DNA of 64,000 nt from Octopus vulgaris (Eukaryota), in the NCBI GenBank assembly GCA_951406725.2, contig OX597824.1:95108001-95172000 (forward strand), given 5' to 3'. The notes below the pieces were generated by a model. It saw only the letters and a program-made list of their open reading frames with translations. It was not told the DNA's origin and searched no databases. Each line of letters starts with the position of its first letter. The stretch's first letter is position 1. Both the position numbers and the translations under genes were made by a program. Of the stretch, positions 39,301 through 52,363 are shown piece after piece.

Positions 39301-42300
39301 TAACATCTCCACATACACTAAATCAGTGGAGCCAGGCAAAGTACGTGGAAATGATTTATATAAGAGAGAAAACTAAACTGAAGATATACTATAATAATAT
39401 GGAGATTAGGTACAGGTGAATACAACTAATAGCTATGGGACACCAGGAGAAAGACACTATTCAAATGAAAATCTGCTCTGAGAGTGTAAGTTTGTGGTTG
39501 TGTGTTTGTGTTTCTGATGATGAGCAATAATGGCTAATCAATGCACATCATCTAATTCTGAATGGTGATTTTAGAACTCTGTAAATTCATAGCCAAAGTT
39601 TAATTAGTAAAAATGAATAATGAAAGATACTAATATCAATGGAAAAAAGTGATAAAGAAAAGAGAGAGAGAGAGACTATTAAAAAAAAGTGATAAACCAG
39701 TGAAAATGTTTGAATAAAAATTAGAGTAATGGAATATTTAATTTAATCTGTGATATTAATTTAAAAATAAAGCATATAATCAATGAAGTTTTTTGATGAC
39801 ATCTTTTGATAATGGAATAAATGAAATAAAAATGATTAGAAAACGAATCTTCCTGCCCCTCCAAAATACAAAGATTAAAAAATAAATTTAAGCAATAAAT
39901 TATTCAACATTCAATATATTCAATGTAAAATTGTACTTTATAAAACAACAAAGACTTGAGATTTTAACAAATCTTTATTAAGAATTTCCTTTTTTTTTTT
40001 TTTTTTTTGGCTTGAGTCCTGTTTTATGGCAAGAGAGACAGATTAATCATCTGAAGAGAAACGTTTTTTTTTCTCATTATATTTAGACCTAATATTCACT
40101 GAAAGAAAAAAATTACACATGAATAAATATAAAAATATCTAAAAAAAAAAAAATCTTTGAAATATTTTCAAAACTAAAAACAGCTTTCATCATAATTTGC
40201 TTTCCAACAACAAGCCATAACAAGACAACCAATACGGTATTGGATTTTCATCTTTAGTGAAGATAAAATAAAATATTATTTTGCTCGCTTTTCTCTTTGG
40301 ATGAATTTTAAACTGAGAAATGGTGTTTTTAAATATTCAACTTCCATTCTATAGAAATCTGAACCATATGTAGGTGTACTTGGAATTATTTTGACCGCAT
40401 TCTTTGTGCTGTTGAATGGGCTTAACCCTTTAACATTTGAACTGGCCGTGTCTGGCCCAAATATTCTAGGTGTTTTATATCCAAATCACCCAGATCTGGC
40501 CTCTTGCACATAACCTACAATGTCATTCTAAAATTAAACAACCTCATCATGGTAATCTTGAAGCTATGAGATAATGCATATGATTAATTAAAATCTATGT
40601 GAATAAATTAGCATTCTGATTACTCGACATTTGGTAGAGTAATCTGAATGCTAAAGGGTTGAAAATTTAATATCAAAAATAAGTGTACTTGGTATGAAAG
40701 TTCTACAGCAGGAAGTATCTTTTAATGTCAATATCATACACAGTAGCATGTAAAGTACCAATCTAGTTTGTAACTAAAGCAATATTAGAATAGCCAGGTT
40801 TCAGTTCTTTAAAGTTCTTTCATTCAGCCAAAAATTCGTGGCATGAAACTCACTCAATGACATGGCACAATGGTTAAGCTGGGCCTCATGGAGGCACACG
40901 GCCTAATTTCTTTCAGACAATTGTCACTGTTTTGTAATTTATAGCAGAAAGGGTACTATCTGTACAACTATTTTACACCCCAAATATCAAAATAGTCAGG
41001 CAAATATTAAAATTTGTAGAATTTTTGAGTTACTTCATGACAGCTCCCGAGGATATGAGTGCCAGCCAGCCTAAGAATCTATTCTGCAAGTATACGGTTT
41101 TGGATCTGATTGCACTGGAGGCCTGTTCTCCAGTATGGTCTTAGCCATAAAGTCTAAAACAAACTAAAAAACAGTATGGCCCATTTGGGCAAGTCACTTC
41201 TATCATACACTTAAGTTGACTAATAAAGCCTTGTGAGTGAAACTTGGTGGATGGAAGCTATACAGGAGCTTGTAAGAAAGACATTTCATAGTTTTTGGTG
41301 GTGAACCAAATTTGTCATGTGGAGTTTACTGGAGTCCACTCACTCAAGCATTTGGGCTGGCTCCTTAGTATGAGGCAAAATTCCTTCTTTCCTTCCCTTT
41401 AGTCTTGGAAGCCCCGGAAAAGTCATGGGAAATGCACCTTCTCCATTGACTTACCTATCTATCTCTCTATATACATATATGATTATTCTTTTATTTGTTT
41501 CAGTCATTTGACTGTGGCCATGCTGAAGCACTGCCTTTAGTTGAGCAAATTGACCCCAGGACTTATTCTAGTGGTCTCTCTTGCCGAACCGCTAAGTTAC
41601 AGGGACGTAAACACAAGAGCATTGGCTGTTAAGCGATGTTGGAGGGACAAACACAGACACACAACCATATACATACATATATATATATACGAAGGGCTTC
41701 TTTCAGTTTCTGTCTACCAAATCCACTCACAAGGCTTTGGTCAGCCCGAGGCTATAGTAGAAGACACATGCCCAAGGTGCCACACAGTGGGACTGAGCCT
41801 GGAACCAAGTGGTTGGTAAGCAAGCTACTTACCACACAGCCACTCCTGATTACTTCAAATTTTGGCACAAGACCAGAAATTTTGTGGAGGGGGGGGGGTC
41901 AATTGCACTGACCCCAGTACGTGACTGGTACTTTATTTTGACCCCAAAAGAACAAAAGGTAAAGTTAATGTTGGTGAGAATTGAACTCAGAACAGAAAGC
42001 GCCAGAAGAAATGCTGCTGAGTATTTTGTTCAATGTGCTAACAATTCTGCCTACTCACCACCTGATAATAACAGGTATCTATTTCTAAGTTGGTCGGTTC
42101 AAACTGGTTAACAAAACTGCTATGAAAAACAACAAATTCATGCCTCACAAAAGCGAAAAATTATTGGCACCATTATCATGAAATAACTGTCAAATAAAGG
42201 ATAAAAAAATCTAAAATTACTATCAATACATTCAATATTTGTGACTTTGTTAATTGGTTGAAATAGCTAAACACACAATATGCAAACATTCCGCATCTTG

Positions 42301-45300
42301 TTAAGCGTGTGGGGCACACATACACACACCTTAAAATAAGCATTCAGCTAAAAAGATAATGTATGACACAAACTCCCCTCCACCCTACAACCACTTAAAT
42401 TAATTTGCGAAATAAGAACCATTTTAAAATGGTGATATTGATGGTTAACAATACCTGTTATAACGAAAGGAAGCAAACTTTTGAAGCTTCGGTTTTGACT
42501 AGATCTGTGCAAAAGTGTATACACAATAGTGTTATAAGCTGGGAATTTGTTGCATGCACAAATTCAAACAGATAATAAAAAAAACCCCCCTGAAATGAGC
42601 ACATTCTTCTGGGAACCAAACTCCACACCCTCATATAACTACCTACAATTAATAGATCATCTAGCCATGCTGTAGCAAATTGTTGTTACTAAATCTTTTG
42701 AGTGTCTATATAAAGATATGATCTCTTCTTCCTCTAAAATTCATGCAAAAAAATACTGTTTATGTTTGTTGGCATTAGGAAGGGCATCCAGCTGCAGAAT
42801 CACTGCCAGATCAAATTGGAGCCTGATGCGGCCTCTTGGCTTGCCAGTCCCCAAACCACAACAATTTATAATTTTCTTTACTTGTTTTAGCCATCTGACT
42901 GTGACCATGCTGGAGCACCACCTTTAGTCAAACAAATTGACCACAGGACTTATTCTTTGTAAGCCTCGTACATATTCTATTGGGCACTTTTGACGAACCA
43001 CTAAGTTACGGGGACGTTAACACACCAACATTGGTGTCAAGCAACGGGGACACACACACACACAAAAACAGACACAAATACATACACACATATGATGGGC
43101 TTCTTTCAGTTTCCATCTACCAAATACACTCACAAGGATTTGGTTGGCCTGATGCTAAAGCAGAAGACACTTGCCCAAGGGGCCATGCAGTGGGACTGAA
43201 CCTGGAACCATGCAACTACAAAACAAGCTTCTTAACACACAGCCACTCCTGCACCTGTATATATATATTTCACAAAAATATTTAAACCACCTTAGTAATG
43301 CTTGACCACGAGAGCCTCCACCCTGTCGTCCTTCTCCCCCACCCACATATCATGCTCTAACACTCAAAAAGCACTAGTGATGGTGCCAAGTAAAAATCAC
43401 TGGGGCTGGTGCCATGTAAAAAGCACCCAGTACACTCTGTAAAGTTCTGGCATTAGGAAGGGCATCTAGCTGTATTAACCAGGCCAAAACAGGCAATGGA
43501 GTCTGGTGTGACCCTTGGCTGTACCAGCTCTAGTCAAGCCACTCAACCCATGCCAGCACAAAAAACTGGTCATTAAAATGATGATGATGATGATGATGAT
43601 CTATTTCACAGACGTATGAAACAAACAAATATAATGCAATGAGACAGGTGACCATGTTAAGTGCATTGGTGAGTGGAATTACAGCTAATTGTTGACAGAA
43701 TATGTTCCAATATCACTGCCAGTGGAAGGCTGTGAGCCGGAAGAAGCATTAGCACAGCAGGCAAAATGCTAGTGGTATTTCGTCTGTCTTTACGTTCTGA
43801 GTTCAAATTCCACCAAGGTTCAACTTTGCCCTTCATCGTTTTGGGGTTGATAGAATAAGTACCAGTTGAGCAATGTAATCGACTTATCCCTTTCCACCTA
43901 AATTGCTGGCCTTGTGCCAAAATTTGAAATCAATTTTACTGCCGGTGGGGGCTGATGACGCAACAAATGAAACAGTAAAGTTGTTAAGCAGGTGTTTCTA
44001 AAACCACCACATTTAAATATTCATTGCTGCAGACGACCTTACAAATATCAGAAGGACTAATTGCCATTTGATTAATCCTTTGAAATGTTAAAAAGTAGAA
44101 GGCGAGGGGGGAGTATTGTTTGCAGTCGTTAATAATGAGAATGAGTTAAGTTGACAATCACAGAAAACTTTTAAAAACTTTATAATCTTGATTTGAACAA
44201 TTATCTAAAGCAACGGTTCCCAACCCTTTAATTTAAATGAGTTTTCCCACAGACCCCTTTTAATATGCTTATCCTTATGTGCGCGCACGTGTGTGTGTGT
44301 GTATATATATATATATATGTAAAGAATAAAAAGTGTTGAATGGTACAACAATGCACTATAATACAGACAATGTATTATATATACCTGTTGTAATTCAGTC
44401 ACCCATAGTCTGATATGATATTTCGGAATAAAATTCCTTCTTCAGATATTCTTAGATGGAGTCACTGCTACAATCAGTTTTCTAATGACTTTTCTTTCGT
44501 CAGACTATGGATGACTAAATTACAACTGGTATATAAGCCCATTGTCTGTATTATAGTGCATTGTTGTACCATTCAAAACTTTCTATTCTTTACAAACAAT
44601 ACACAATGCTTCAAGCAAACTACAATACTCTCCTAGATATATATATGGATAAATTAAGAAGTGGAGTCAAACGCAGGTGTTATTCAAATCCTTCATACTT
44701 CCAACATATGTTTCCCTGATGAGATGATTGCATTGTTTTACATCATTTTTATTCCCTCTGGAATAATCTCAATGCTTTCTTCGAAACATATGTTGGAAGT
44801 ATAAATGATTTGAATAACACCTGCGTTTGACTCCATTTCTTAATTTATCCATGTTATACAAAAACATTTCAGTTCACCTTGGAATTTCTACCTTTATAAG
44901 TAGGCTGTAATATCCTTGGCAATTATGTGAATTTCTGCTACCCTGGTAACTATTTATTTATTTTTTCCTTGACGATGATGTTATTTGCGCACACACTGAA
45001 AAAATACACTTACATTTAAATATATATATATATATATATATACATATATATGTGTGTGTGTGTGTGTGGCATGCAGTCGAGACATGCTAGTCATGCATTG
45101 CATGTCTGTTGATTTTTATGTAACTCAAAAATCAATTTAAGAACGTAATGGATTTATAACCAGATTGAAAAGTTGTCCAAACCATTGGAAACTGGGCTAA
45201 AATAGTTACTTTGTTTCAAAGGAAAGCAGTCCAGATTGATACCTTGCTGTGTTTCTATATTGCTTAAAGAAAAACGAATATGAAATCTTTTGCCCACCCA

Positions 45301-45938
45301 CCCCCTTCCTATCATTTCAATGCCTGTAAGATTCTTTTTCATCTCAATAAAATAACTATGGAAGGCATGCTTTCAGAAAAACACATTTTGCCTTCCCCTC
45401 CCTTTCTATCAGTTCTTCTTTGTCAACAATTCTTTATAACTGATGTTGCTAACGTGAAAGGCTAAATGGTTGAATGGGTTTGACTTTTTGTTTTGTTTCT
45501 TTTTTTTACAAGTGAAAGTGGGTTTTTTTTTCCATAAAAAGAAACTTGAAAGTTACCAAAAATATAAGGGCAGAAATAAGACAAACTCTTTTTTACAATT
45601 TGTCACAATATACCTAATTTTACTGCGGGAAATTTCTCTGAAAGAAATTTTTGTAGAAAGGTAAGTAGATTGATTATGTATTTCTTTCATTATTTTATCA
45701 GTTATTTTTTTGCACCCAATAAATTCCTGTGAGATTTGGCTGAAAATTGAAATTTTGAAGTTGTGATTTTCACCAATTTTTTTTTTCAGAATTGGAATCT
45801 CCATAGCCGAAAATGTGGGTTTCTGTTAAAAAAAAAATGGGGTGTGTGCATTTATGTGTGTGTGTGTTTATTTTTACGTCTCCGTCATGTGTGCCAAGTA
45901 TTTATTGCATGACCGACCTCAGAAGTCACTGCACACCA

Positions 45939-45980
<42 letters not shown>

Positions 45981-48900
45981 TATAATTGAGAATCAGTTGA
46001 ATTAGGCACTTAAGTTGAAGCACCAAGTCAGTCTGGTATTATCCAGACAGCTTGAAGCAAGGCTCACCTTATATAATATGTATGGCATTTTGAATTTAGT
46101 ACACAGACTCCCAGTACTACTTTTGTGGACCACTGGGAGTTCACAGACCCCCAGATTGGGAACTACTGATCAAAAGCACCTTATAAATTTCAAAAGATTA
46201 GACTGTCATAAACCACAACAATTTCTTTATTTACTGCATTTTACAGTGTAATAACCAAAGGCATGACATATTTGTCAAATTCTTTCCTAAAAAGAATTCA
46301 GGTTCAGATAGTGTAAGTTAATTCAAAATTCTAAAATATATTTCAAACTAATGAGGACAGGATTAATTAACCTCTATGTAGTTTCTTGAATGGTTTGAAA
46401 GAACAGCCAAATCTTTTATATAACAGAACTCAATGTCTTTAAAGTGGAAGGGCTTAGTGGACAATTTGGTCTGAGATATACAATCTTGCTTATAATAATT
46501 ATTTTACTTTTAAATGTTTCTTTAACTAGGCACTTGGAACAGCCGCAATGCATTGATACCTGGACACCCTTGTTACTTATTTGCTTTTTATTCACCTAAC
46601 TTCAAGCTGTGTGGACCTTACTGGACTAACTTGGTGCCTCAATTTAAGTACCTAATTGAACTGAATCTTAATTATTGGTATCCATGGGCGACTGCTGCTC
46701 TTCCATATATATATATATATATATATAATGTACTGTTCTGTGATAGAAAATTCAACAAAAAAGTACTCTACCTGGTGAGAAATAAAGATTAAAGGTCACA
46801 ATACATGTATTTAAGCGCTGATAGTTTCATATGTTGAGAAATACTCAAACATATTTTTCAGGCGCAAACCACATGTCAAAATGAACTAAAAAAATTTTTT
46901 AATCCATTATGGTATGTGGTTTGCGCCTGACAAATATGAATATTTCTCAACATATGAAACTATTAGTAGCGCTTAAATACATGTATTGTTCCCTTTAAAT
47001 AAATTATATATATATATATATATAGCTTCTTCACTACTACAAAAGTCTGTTGAAGGTGTTAAAATTTCTGGATACTAGTGTGAAACACACAACAGTAGGA
47101 AATGCAAAAATAATGATAATAGCCATAATATTTAGATTATTGTTCATAAATTCACGCAGGTATGTAGTTGGAGTCTTTCTTTTTTCAATACTTGAAAACT
47201 AGAAAATTGTTAAATGACATGATTATAGCATCCAAAATCATGCATAACATAATAAGGAATATTTTTGGAACTTACCAGTTGACCCACATTCAGAACAGCT
47301 GACAAGCTCGTCCTTTCTATTTCGCCCTTTCATGGGGCCCTTATGGCAAAAGCGGCAGTCTTTCTTTTGGTTTGTATGCTTTTTGGAGAAAAAAGATAGC
47401 TTTATAGCATTCATTTAGAAAAAAGCGAATGTGTTTATTTTTAAAAGAGTTATGTTAAACCTATGTGAAAATATTAAACAAGTTCATTAACAAGATAAAA
47501 AAATTATTGGCTGATTATAAATGTGCAGCCACCACAAAATTCACTCCTTGTTGTAGTGATGGTTTTGTGTGTTTCAACAACCCTGTGAACTATACCAGCA
47601 AAGGGCAAACTCTTGATAGGTCCTCTCATGCTGGACAGGTCAAAGGATAGAGGCCAGGCTAATATAGACCTCTTCTTCACAGAGGTAAAAATGGGCTTGT
47701 ATAGGGTCAACAACCCTTCCTATAAAAAGAAGCTAAGTTACAAAAGTATTGATGAGAATTCAAAACCAACAAGACTTGGGAGAGGAAAGACAGCCCAAAG
47801 TCAAGAACAGTGGGGAAAAGTTGCCAATGGATTATGTCCAAAGTGCTTAAGGGAAAAAGTAGAGAGTAAATTTAAGATTGATACTGAATTTTGTAATCAC
47901 TGAGGTTTCAGTTTGTAAACCATTTTGTTATTTAGTAAATACGTAGGTGATAAAAATATCTTTTTTAAGTATCATTAACATTTAACTAGCATTTTTGGCA
48001 CTGACACAGAATAAAAATTTTCGTTAAAAATTATGAGAATAGTTTTTCATTCATATATACACAAATAGCATTTTTTTTGTAATAAGGCAAGGAAATATGG
48101 TTATTTAGTTCATCAACCCAACTTAGATATCTTAAACTGACATCCTACGGGTTTCAATGACATGCTGAAGAACTGTTAACTGCACACTGACAATACCTCT
48201 TTGTGGTCCTTGTGGTCTGCAGCACTTTTCCGGCCTCTCCGTGGAGAAGGAGTAGGAGGTGGTTGAGGAATTACAGGCTGGCTAACTTCAGAATCACTTG
48301 AATCATTGTCATTACTCTCACCATCAGAACCAGAATCTGCTTGATCCTTTAATAAAGAAAACATTATTGTTGTTAGAATTTTGAAAGCAGTTTTATAACA
48401 AATGTGAATTTATTAAATCAAGTTCTTTTAGCATTTTCCATGGCCACTTGGTATAGCAGATGTACGCATTTGTGGCTATACAAAGTTGTTTTTTTTTAAT
48501 TATATCATTAATGTTACTTAATGGTTTCCTATAATGTATTACGTGTTCAGCTTTATTACTTATGGTATTGAGTTCATCTGTTCTAGCTAGTATGCACATG
48601 ATTTATGCTAAAAACTTAACAGGTGGTTTATAAGCATTAGACTGGGCGAAACTCAGAGTAACAAGAAAACTTACAGACTACACAAATTCACATAGTACTC
48701 TAGAGCGACTTGATTTAAGTCACTGTGGTATATTACTATGCTCCTCTACTCTTACAATCTACTTTCTGTGTAATTTAATAATTCCATTTTCTATTGATAA
48801 TATTTGTACTGAAACCTATCACCCAACTCATCCAGGGGAAACAATTTTTAACCTTGCAAATGAATTATTCTCCTTCCACTATGTTGTACAAATGCCACCA

Positions 48901-51900
48901 AGATCAAACTTTGCTTGTCATCCTTTCTGGGTTATTAAAATAAGTACCAGCTGCAAACTTGGGCGGATGTAATTGACTTACCCCCCTACCCCCTAAAATT
49001 GCTGGTGTTGTGCCAAAATTAGAAAGAACATTGATCTACTTACATCTTGGTTATCGTCCATTTCTTCAGATGAATCCACATTTGAAGGTTTCACTAAAGG
49101 ATTAAGTATCCTTTTGGGAGGCCCATAAATACACGTGTTGAGAGGAAAGTATTTAAGTTCCTTTGGTTCATATCTGAATAAAAGAAAGTATAAAGAACAA
49201 TTTAAGCAATTATGAGAAAATAAAACATATATATCCAGACAGAAGTTTGTCATTTAACCTCTTATTACAAATATTTCCAACTAGATTCACTCTCTATGGA
49301 CTTCAATTGAATTCTAAAAGATTTGAGAATTTGGGCTGGTTTCATAAAACATCTGTTAACTTTTTGTCTAACCTTTTACCGTTCAGGCTACTCTGTCAAA
49401 TGTAATTCTTATTTATTCATATGGCTTTGAATTAAGCATGCATTATCTCATTGCTTTGAAGTGATTGTTTATTATTATAATGACATTGTAGGGTAAGTGT
49501 GAAAGGCTGGATCTAGCTAGTTTGAATGTGAAACAGGTAGAATATTTTGGCTGGATACAACTGGTTTAAATGCTGAAGGGTTAATGATATATGAGCATGA
49601 GGTTTGAAAAACAACATAACAAAATCTAAGGCAGGGTTTTTTTTTTGTCTTTTTGTCTCAAAACTCTACTAAGTCCTTTTAGTTGTTACTTATTATCTTT
49701 TATTCCTAGCACATCCTCTGACCACGTAGAAGCTTTGCTGTTGGCTAATATGTATAGGTACCTAACTGCATGAAAATAGTGGCTGGCCACAGATTATTTA
49801 TAAGACTTAGGGCTTAATGTCATAAGTAAATAGTTAATGGAGATCTTGCCTCTCACAATATAGACATTTCTCAAGGCACCAGCAGATAAAATGGAAAAGG
49901 CAGTGCTCTGGAGGATGGTGAGGGAAATGCACTGGAACAGCCACTCTAACTTGCACGGCTTGAACCTGTGGACAGTAATCTCTGTCCTGACAGTGGTGAG
50001 CAGGGATATATATGGTTCACGGGCCAAGAAGGCCAGATGCTCAACCATAAGCCTGTCAGAGAGCGACCAATACCATGACAGTTTTTCCTTTTCTCAGTTT
50101 GACAAGTAGTGGAGCTTGAGCTGGTAGCTGACAACATCAAGTTACTGCTGGAGAAGGTGCCACAGCATGTGGCATCCCAGATGAGGGGCCTACTGCCACA
50201 GAATGAGAAAATTGTTACATGGTCCCCTCAGTCTAACCCCACTGGCTTGAGCTGGGAAGGGAAGTAAATTTTTGAAAATAAAGAATTTTATAAAATTAAA
50301 ATTCACACACACAGAGTCATATTTCTTTCATGGAAAGTTGTAAAGTATCCAACTCAACATGATACAACTTTGCAGAATGTATATTATTTAACCTATGAAG
50401 ATTCCTAGCCAGTTAATCCAGAGCGAGATTAACACCAAAAGTAGAAATTATTTTAATTAGAATACTAATTTGTTCTTAGCAATTAGTATTTTATAAATAA
50501 TCTTTATACAGATTTCCAACATGAGGAGTTTTAATGTTTAGAAAACGCAAATCATTAGAAATTTGAAATTTGAGAGAAAAAGAAAAAATACAAACTTTTT
50601 GTAGAATTCTTGGTATTGCCCTGGAATCAAGCTAACAGGATAAGCAGGTACTTTCGCACAAGCAGTTTCCAGTTTTGGATATTTGTGAGCAGGATAGTGG
50701 ATAACCTTGTTTGAAATATAAGTTTCACAATAGTCAATTTTGTCAAGAATATTTATTACTTAGAGAAATCTTTATGGAATGATATAATTCTTTATGCTAG
50801 ATTTTAAAATATTAATTTAGCAATAACAACAAAAATTGAGAAGATATATACAAATCACATACTGATGTTGAACCAGATATACTCCTTTCTTACTAACTTT
50901 TAATTTTATGACAATCAGAAAAATCATTTTGCTCAGAAGTGATTCACAAGCCTCATATACTATCAAGTTTGAATCTCTCGTCCCATCACATTTCTAGTTG
51001 TTTACTGGTTCATTCGCAGAGTCAGGAAGTGTTAAGTAAATGCTTAACTTATTCATTTATTGCCCTGCCTTCTTATAATACAGTCACAGTTAATGAAAGC
51101 AGTTTCAGAATCCCAAAAACTTACCATAGTTTGCAAGTCAAAATATGCCCTTCTCTCCTCTCTTCTTTCTCGCTGAAACTGGCTATTAAACTCCGAAGCT
51201 GATCTCATTGCTTTCCTTACATAATCAGCCATCTTGCTCTTTTCAAGCTTAGGAGGCTGAAAAAAAAAAAAAGACAGGCAAACTTAAGAACTGCTGAGTG
51301 ATAAAATATTAAAAAAAACAACCTAAGTACATATGATAGCTGTTTACTGGTAGCCAAATATTACTAAACATGCAGATCTTGGGAGCAGAGCCTTAAAGGG
51401 TTTAGTCAGACAACCCAATTCCAGTACTTCTGATCATGGGAGAGAGGTCAGCAGGGCAACATCTTGTGTCTGTTGAGAATTGGTCAACGAAGGCTTTTTA
51501 CTGGATGACCTGTATATATCCATGTATCCGAGTATGCACAGAAGTGTAGCATGTTCTTGCTTAGTTCTTCAGCAATGTTCTCCAAAATGAATGTCTCTCT
51601 CCTTAATGACTTTAGTGGTTATAAAATGACTGCCATATAGTCTTTCGTCAGAGGCTCTATCCACAAGGTATTAAGAATTAGGTCGTAAGATGCAAGCATT
51701 GAGTCATATCAAGCCTCACCTCTGGCTGTTTAGCAAGTGTTTAAGCACTGGACCCATACAACAGCACTGGTTCCAGTTGCAATAGAAGAAGCTTCTTTCA
51801 AGACTTCCATCTGGCACCAAGGCAATCAAGAACAATCCATGCTTTTGTGAGACAAATTTTTACATTCAATTCATTGGATACAACATTACCTTATAGTATA

Positions 51901-52311
51901 CAAAGGGGTTTAAAGGGCTTTGTTTGATTGTGTTTACTGAACCCTTCTGATGTATCCAGTCTTTGAAGCATTGACATAAAGACCAATGTCTGCTATTATC
52001 GTTACAAGATTTGAATGACTTACATATAAGTATGTATAAAGATATGTATTTCCATGAAGATATATGCACAGATCTTATTGAGTTAATTCAATCAAAAAAC
52101 AAGGAATATTAAATGCTTACCACTTCATAACCTTTGTGCTTCTCATTAATAGACTGTCGTTCCCGTTCATGGAGAATTGAAGCGAATTCCTATTAAATAA
52201 CATAAAATGATTAAAACCAATCAATCATATTATTGATTCAAATGAGGGATCAACTGTCTAAACCAGCATTTCTCAACCAGGGTTCCGCAAGAAAGAGTGA
52301 GAAATATCATA

Positions 52312-52363
<52 letters not shown>

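Larger units (their letters stand above)
44211..46168. mobile_element. hAT (Charlie-like) non-autonomous element hosting nested insertions
   Basis: Ends caacggttcccaa / ttgggaactactg; 8-bp flanks atctaaag / atcaaaag (7/8 match). Confidence 0.55.

Noticed and set aside
39989-40008. Poly(A) tail of a retrocopy (minus strand)
   Set aside because: No TSD or recognisable parent sequence; treated as a simple homopolymer.
51620-51660. CTGACGA plus small stem on the minus strand (hammerhead-like)
   Set aside because: There is no GAAA after the stem and no stem III.
51430-52060. Possible old transposase fragment
   Set aside because: Too degenerate to assign without a search; the same applies to ~33480-34150, 35200-35700 and 57260-57700.
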